Part shown: one piece after another, positions 57,364-64,000 of the stretch
Layout of the letters: the number at the start of each line of letters is the position of its first letter
Position numbering within the stretch: the stretch's first letter is position 1
Assembly: GCF_000143415.4 (NCBI RefSeq)
Contig: NW_003314297.1
Location: 1,279,430-1,343,429, forward strand
Source: Selaginella moellendorffii
Lineage: Eukaryota > Plantae > Lycopodiophyta
Direction of reading: 5' to 3'
Length of the DNA stretch: 64,000 bases
Notes under the pieces: generated by a model
What the model was told of the DNA's origin: nothing
The model's input: the letters and a program-made list of their open reading frames with translations, nothing else
Database searches by the model: none
Program-made: the position numbers and the translations under genes

Positions 57364-60305
57364 GTCTCCGTTGGGGGAGAGCTCGTTTCCGTTTTCTCAG
57401 AGATTTGAGCTCGTTGTTTGCTGATACAAGCTTTGCCTGTGTTGAAAGCACCTCCATTGCAACAAAGAAAAGGAACTCGCAAGATTTTGTCATCGTTGTA
57501 GTTGGGATCATTCAAAACTTTGTCGAGGGCGTCTGGTGTCGCTGTTTTTCTGCCAACTCCTGAAAAGAGCTTGCAAGAGACAGGGTAAATCAACAGGAAT
57601 AGCGTAGCACTGATATTTCCTGAGCAATTCTTTCGCTCATGAGGGGAGGTGGTGTTCACTAGGACCTGCATGTACTCGAGCTTGAGCAGTGCTTTCCCGT
57701 GCTTCCCTGCGCGGCATATTGTTCCAATCAATAGACCATTTTGAAAGGAACTTAGATCTCTACCTGACTCGGTAGCTAAAGCTCGCTTTGGTTCCTATAC
57801 ATCGTTTGCCAAGTTCATGGAGAAAGAGGACAAAGAAACCAGATGTGAACGACTTACTTGGAGCTTGGCTCGCAATTTGGAGACCTTTGTTGACATGTGT
57901 TCTTTCTCGGCTTCTAGTTTGTGGACGTTTTCTCGCAAAGAGACCACGTCTTTGTCCGTCTGCGCTTCCTGGAGGCTTTGCAGCCGGCAATAGTTGGCCT
58001 TGAAATGGTCCCTCAGAGCTCCGCATTGCACTTGCAAGATGTTGCAGCCCTCGTCCAAGAGAAGCTCTCCAGGAATCTCCACTTCACTTAGAAAGTGTGA
58101 CAAGTATACGTGCTTCTTAAACACCACAATCTAGAAAACAATAGCCAAGCAGCCATCAGTAAAGTATGAGAAAGGAAGAAAACAAAACTCACTTTGCACT
58201 ACTGTTTAGATGAAAAATGACCTGAGGAAGCAGCCATGAGAGCAAAGGATAAATCACGTCTCTGCTCCCGGAAGATAGACCTTGACGAAATGATATCCTG
58301 CATTAGGGGAGCTATTGAATCCAAGCGAAAAGAGTAGAAAAAAATATTTCCTTCTTATGCATCCATGTTGGGGAAATAATATGAGCGCAAGAGCTCCATC
58401 ATGCAAGCAGTGGACGCCTCTAGCCCATTGCTCTCCAACCATTTCTACTGGAAGAAGAATGAATCAATAGGCATTTAGATGGATGAGTTACCTGGCTGGG
58501 ACTGATGTAGCTCAAAACGCGGACAAGTAGCTGCCGCAGCTGCTGGGCTCTTTTGGCTGCTCAAGAAAAGAAACAAAAAAAGAATAATCTAGCAGTGATT
58601 CGAGATGAGTATTTGCAAGAGCCCTAATTCCATAAAACTGGCGCCAAACGCTGTTTAAAGTTCTTTAGAAAGAGCTTATTGCAGAGATTGCGGCAAAATA
58701 CTGTCTCCCCAGAAGATTAGTCCGCTAGATTGCACGCTTGTGTAGGCCATTTCTGGCTTTAATTCGAGAGAAACACTCGAGTACCTTGTTCTTTGTACCT
58801 CTTACAATTAAACCACATCTTTCTCAAGCCTTAACACTGCCATGAACGCGTCTTGGGGAACCTCCACTCTTCCCACCGATTTCATTCGTTTCTTGCCTTC
58901 GGCCTGCATCGAACAAGTGAGTTGTGTATCAAGTGGCTTATCTGCTTACTTGTTTCTTCAACAGCTTCTTCTTCCTCGTTATGTCTCCTCCTGCAGCATT
59001 GGAAGATTTTGAGAGCTGTACAAAGAGCTGAAAAGAGAGCACAGACCGTAGCACTTGGCCAGCACGTCTTTGCGCATGGCTGAGATTTGTTCACTGGCAA
59101 TGACTCTAGACCCAAGGCACGCCTGTAGAGAGATCTCAGGTTGGTGTTTTTGTAGAATACGGAAAATGAAAGAGGTGACACCTGAATTGGTATTTTGAAG
59201 AGCTGGCGGGGAATCAAACTTTTGAGTTTCTCCGTCAGAGCCCGTCCTATGGTGTACGCCTGTCGAAGCGGAGAGATTAAGTTGCTATGCTGAGTAGAAA
59301 CAGTGAACAAATACCTTATCTTTGTGAACGATTGCCGATAGCGGCTCCACAGGCTCCCCATTGATTCTTATGTCAAGTTTGACAAGATCACTCACGCGAT
59401 ATCTGCATGATTAAACGTATGATTCAGTACCAGCCTACGAAGAGCTTTTGATCTACCCGGTAATGGAGTACTCCATGCTCGCATAGCCCTTGCTACGTGA
59501 CTTCAATTGATCAAAGAAATCTCCAACCATCTACCAAAAGGTTAAACGGCATTCAAGCAGAAGCAAATGCTTGAGAGTACTGTACCTCAGCCAGAGGAAG
59601 ATCATAAACAACACAGGCACGGTTTTCAGTGATATAATTCATCTCTCTGAATTCTCCACGCCTTTCTTGTGCGAGCTCCATCAGAGTGCCAATGTACTCT
59701 TTCGGTGTTATCAGATCAATCTGGATCTTAAAAGTGTAAACTTTTGCAAAAGCCATATACAATTGTGCCCACCTTCACATAAGGCTCCGAAATACATTTG
59801 CGATTTTCAGGGAGTTCCGAAGGATTCGAGCATTCAACCTAGCAATCAAGATATCATCACGGTTTTACCAAGAAAAACGGTACTTACAGTTTCTCCGTCA
59901 AGCCGTTCAATTTTGTACACAACACTTGGTGCGGTTGTAATCAAATTTAAATTGTACTCCCTTTCAAGTCTTTCCTGTAAGCGTTTCATGCCAGCTTAAG
60001 AAAAGAATGAAAATGCGCCAATTATTACCTGTACTATTTCCATGTGCAAAAGGCCAAGAAATCCACATCGAAATCCAAATCCCATTGCACTCGAACTTTC
60101 CGGTTCAAACTGCAGAATTCTAGATACAATGGCATCAGTGTTTAATAGGTGGCGACTTAGCATCGAGGCCATACTCTTAAAGCAGCATCATTTAGCTGCA
60201 ATTTCCCCAGTGCTTCTCTTAACTCGGGAAACCTGTTGAAACAGGACGAGTTCAGGTATTTCATTAGTGCAACAAGTAGACTTACTGATCTGCATCAATA
60301 GGAAA
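57362..60305 (+). repeat. Segmental duplication 2, right copy (matches ~42950-45900)
   Basis: Direct sequence identity with indels. Confidence 0.9.
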
Positions 60306-61913
60306 GAGTCCACAGAAAACCATTGGAGTTGCCTGCTGATATCCAGGAAGCGCCTTTTCAGCTTTTCTGGAAGAACTTGTAATGGTATCTCCAACCCTTG
60401 CATCAGCGACTGAGCGAATTGACGCCGCAAGATACCCCACCTTTACAAAGAAACATCGTCAAGACAAAATGTGTTTTGAAGTTGCGTACCTCTCCTGCGT
60501 ACAGCTGCTGCACGGGCATTTGTGAAGGCGACAATACTCCGATTTCATCAACCTGGTATTCCTGCATGCCAAATACACGTTCCGAGCAGCTGCATATGAG
60601 AAAAATACCCACCTTTCCACTAGCCATAAATTTTACTGATTCTCCTCGACGCAAGCTCCCATCTACGACTCTAAAGTACACGATGACGCCGCGGTAGGGA
60701 TCGTAGTAACTGCAAAAAAATGTAGTGTTACACAGCGTGCGAAGGAGAAAAACCATTTTCAACCTGTCAAAAATGAGAGCTCTAAGAGGGTCAGCGGTTG
60801 TATCCTTCGGCGGGGGAATTTTTTTCACGACCGCTTCTAAAATTTCATAAATACCTATCCCTTCCTGAGTAAGGCCAAAAACATGCTCGAAGAAACTTAC
60901 AAGAACGGAAAAAGGTTACCTTTGCCGAGCACAAAATTGCGTCTGTACAATCTAAGCCTACTATCTGAAAATCCAAATTTAGCCACAAATCAAGCTATGA
61001 ACCTGACCTCTTCGATCTCCTGGCGAACGCGGTCGGGATCAGCTCCAGGAAGATCTATCTTGTTTAAAACCTGCAATACAGCGAATTGGTTTGCTGCATT
61101 GAACACAAGAGCGCAACTGCTATACTCACAGGTATTATCTCCAAATTGTTTTCGAGGGCTAGATACACATTTGCGAGAGTCTGAGCTTCCACCCCCTGCA
61201 AGAAGTGTTCGCATAAAGCGCTAGAAGAAACATAGAATCAAAGCAAACACTTACTTGAGAGGCATCCACAACTAAAAGTGCTCCTTCGCAAGCAGCTAGT
61301 GACCTCGAGACCTTCACAAATGGAAGAGTCACACGAAAACAACAAAACCAAAAGATCAATACCTCGTAAGAAAAATCGACGTGACCGGGAGTGTCTATGA
61401 GATTGAGGCAGTATGGCAAAGAGTCCTCGCTAATATATCGCATTCTTGCTGTCTGTAAGTCTCCTTCCAGATTAAAGACACGAAACTAGAGATTCTATGA
61501 AGAAACTGACCTGGAGCTTGATAGTAATCCCTCGTTCTCTCTCGAGATCCATATTATCCAAGAACTGTTCCTTCATGTCTCGAACCTCCACGGTTCCAGT
61601 CAGCTGCAAGAGCTTGTCCGCCAGGGTCGATTTGCCATGGTCGATGTGCGCGATTATGGAGAAATTTCGGATTTGCGGCACTGGAACCTGCGTGGCCAAC
61701 ACCAGAGAATCGATCCAAGAGCCGCATTCTTCCCAAATATCTCACCTTGTCGAGACGATCGCGCCCAGTCCGGATTGCCGGAGAGCTGCTCGGACTGCTC
61801 GTCACGGCTGCCGCAATCACGCTGAATCTCTCACGCAGTGGCGCCGCATTGGCGCTGCTGGCGCCGCTCCATGGAGACAAGAAGGCGCTGTGCAGTGGCG
61901 CCACTACCGCCAT
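58808..61913 (-). CDS. lepA: Translation factor GUF1/LepA (EF4), plastid-targeted, multi-exon
   Basis: Ser/Ala-rich transit peptide; [57 protein letters not shown], ends [17 protein letters not shown]. Confidence 0.95.
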
Positions 61914-62463
61914 AGCCACACAACGCAAAAACCTCAGATATTACGACGTGGCGGATGACTCAGCACAACGTGCTTACGTGTCCTTGCTCCAATAGGCGCA
62001 TGTCTCTAGGGCCACTTTGCCCTAATTTCTGGGATGGCGAGAGCACTGCATTGCCAGGTTTGTGAGACAGAATCTAGGAATCGCAGCGTTTCTGGAGGGC
62101 GCTGCTATGGCGCCTTCGACAAATCGAGCAAACCGAGCTTACGCGTGTTGGATGGATTGTCCAGAACGGGCAGTCGCGGTGCCCAGCGATGGCCTGACAG
62201 TGTGGAAAGATGGATAAGGAGTGTTGTAGGCAATGTGAGCAGCAGAGCTCGGCTGCGGGGGCATACTGGGCTCGTCTTTTCGTGGCGAATGCCGAGAGAA
62301 GGCCTTTAGTGCAAGCACTCGTAGATCATTCCAAGCAAAGCAGTGCCGATAAAAAGGAAGAACGGGAGAAAGAGAAGGAAAGATCACGAGAGAAGTGAAG
62401 AACTGGTTTCTCTCGGTGTTTCTTCTTCTTCTACTATAGCATTAGCTTCTCAGCTTTACAAGG

Positions 62464-64000
62464 ATGGGTTGCGGTCCCTCGAAAGAGGAGGAGGAGGAGG
62501 CTCCAAATGCTGCTCGAGGACGCAGTAGAAGAGATCGTCCTTCGTCAACTTCTCCAAGAGGTTCTCCAAGGGGACGTTCTCAGTCTCCGGCTGGTGCTCG
62601 CGATCGGGGCCGTTCTCGCTCTCGCTCGCCAACCGAAAGTAAATCGCGGTCTCGGTCTCGTTCTCGGGGAAGAAGCTTTGAGCCGTGGCACTATTCGCCG
62701 CAGTGCTGTGGCTTTCCTCCCCTCAAGCCGGTTCCACCGCGGAAGTACAAGATGAAGCGCAGAGTTTCTCAGCATGGGATACCTCTCGGGTGAGAGCTTT
62801 GGAACTTACAAAACGAAAGTTTTCATCTTTTCTTCCTCGTTTCCCAGGAGTAGAGCACCAACGCGCCTCACGGTTTTTGTCTTAGGTACTTCAAATACTT
62901 CGTGTTTTTTTTTTTTTTTTTTTTTTCCCCTCGCAGAGATATCGAGTAAACTAAGTGTTGGAATTGTTTTTCTAGGTGGCCCGGGATGCGGGAAGGGGAC
63001 ACAGTGTGAGGAGCTTGTTAAAAACTACGGATTTGTTCATCTCTCCGCTGGCGAGCTTTTGAGGGATGAAATAAAAAACAAGACACAGATTGGAATCAGC
63101 TGCGAAGAACTTATGGCAGAAGGGAAGCTTGTGCCATCCGAGATTCCACTTAATCTCTTAAAAGCGGCCATGGAGAAATCCGAACGCAAGCATTTTCTTA
63201 TCGATGGATTTCCACGATCTGTGGATCAGGCGCAGCTCTTCGAGAAAAAGGTACAGCATTTGTCACATTCTTTGAATTATTTTCTATCATGTTCTGATCT
63301 CGTTTTGAGCAGATTGGAAAGCCAAATCTGGTGATATATCTTGAATGTCCATTCAAAGTCATGCAAGAGCGGCTCTTGAAGCGTGGTGAAACAAGCGGAC
63401 GCAGCGACGACAACATGGAGACCATCAAGAAAAGGTTTGAAACTTACCGCAAGGAATCGTTTCCGGTTGTCAGGTTCTATGAGAAGGTTCCAAATCTTTT
63501 GAAGACGGTGAGAGAGTTGACACTCTAAAATTTCTTTATACCGACTTAAAAACTGTGTGTGCAGGTCTCTTCCGCCATGTCCCCGACCGAAGTCTTTGAG
63601 TACATTGCGCAACTTCTCAAGGATCAGTATGGTCTTGTTGCAAAGTTCGCGCCTGTTCTTACAGGATTCGACCACAGACAACACAACTGTAAGAGACGCA
63701 CCATTATTTTCGTTCTAGGTACTTCTCCCCTCATTCCTTTCCTTGTTCTCCAGATAGCATTTTTTTCTCAATCTTTTTCCTTTGGCTTTCTTTGTTTCAG
63801 GTGGCCCTGGCTGTGGCAAAGGAACTCAGTGCGAGCGAATGGCAAGTAGACAGAAAAATTTAGCTAAAGGATGACTGAAGCACAGTTTTTCTGCTTTTCC
63901 CTTTTTTTTCACAGGTCAGAGACTTTGGCTACTCGCACTTATCGACAGGAGATTTGTTACGGGCAGAGGTGGCGTCGGGCTCCGAGCTTGGCAAGCAATG
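62464..64000 (+). CDS. Multi-domain adenylate/UMP-CMP kinase with N-terminal acylation motif and RS-rich linker; runs off the window end
   Basis: MGCGPSK; domain 1 [35 protein letters not shown]; domain 2 [22 protein letters not shown]. Confidence 0.88.

Larger units (their letters stand above)
54430..58600 (-). pseudogene. Partial IFT81 duplicate interrupted by a TIR element; lacks exon 1 and the 3' half
   Basis: 54430-54530 matches 42851-42951 and 57364-58600 continues from ~42953; several deletions. Confidence 0.85.

Noticed and set aside
62034-62398. Short ORFs between lepA and the adenylate kinase
   Set aside because: No motifs; likely divergent promoter or 5' UTR sequence

Overview
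Gene-dense eukaryotic DNA with very short (~50-60 bp) GT-AG introns, several PLS-class PPR genes and flagellar genes. It is most consistent with a non-seed land plant such as the lycophyte Selaginella (inference). Host genes: GDPD, GRAM/GEM-like, GDSL pseudogene, 3 PPRs, SNX1, UBL-WLM-PUB protease, CCR4-like (2 copies), AFC/LAMMER kinase, BAT1-like permease, MIF, WRI1-like AP2, IFT81, plastid LepA/GUF1 and an acylated multi-domain adenylate kinase. Two accessory islands (~16.5-29.4 kb and ~46.3-57.4 kb) are each flanked by ~3-kb direct duplications of the neighbouring gene pair. Each island also holds an internal duplication split by a related gypsy LTR remnant. Island 1 contains a decayed IS3EU-type integrase-core transposase missed by the ORF track, a large unknown ORF, an RNase H1/Cauli_VI-type domain gene and a TATGG-type terminus. 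Island 2 contains a coiled-coil + PD-(D/E)xK-like + atypical kinase gene (Crinkler-like), its broken copy, and a non-autonomous TIR element with related TATGG ends carrying a PPR fragment. All calls were made by eye; no searches were run.
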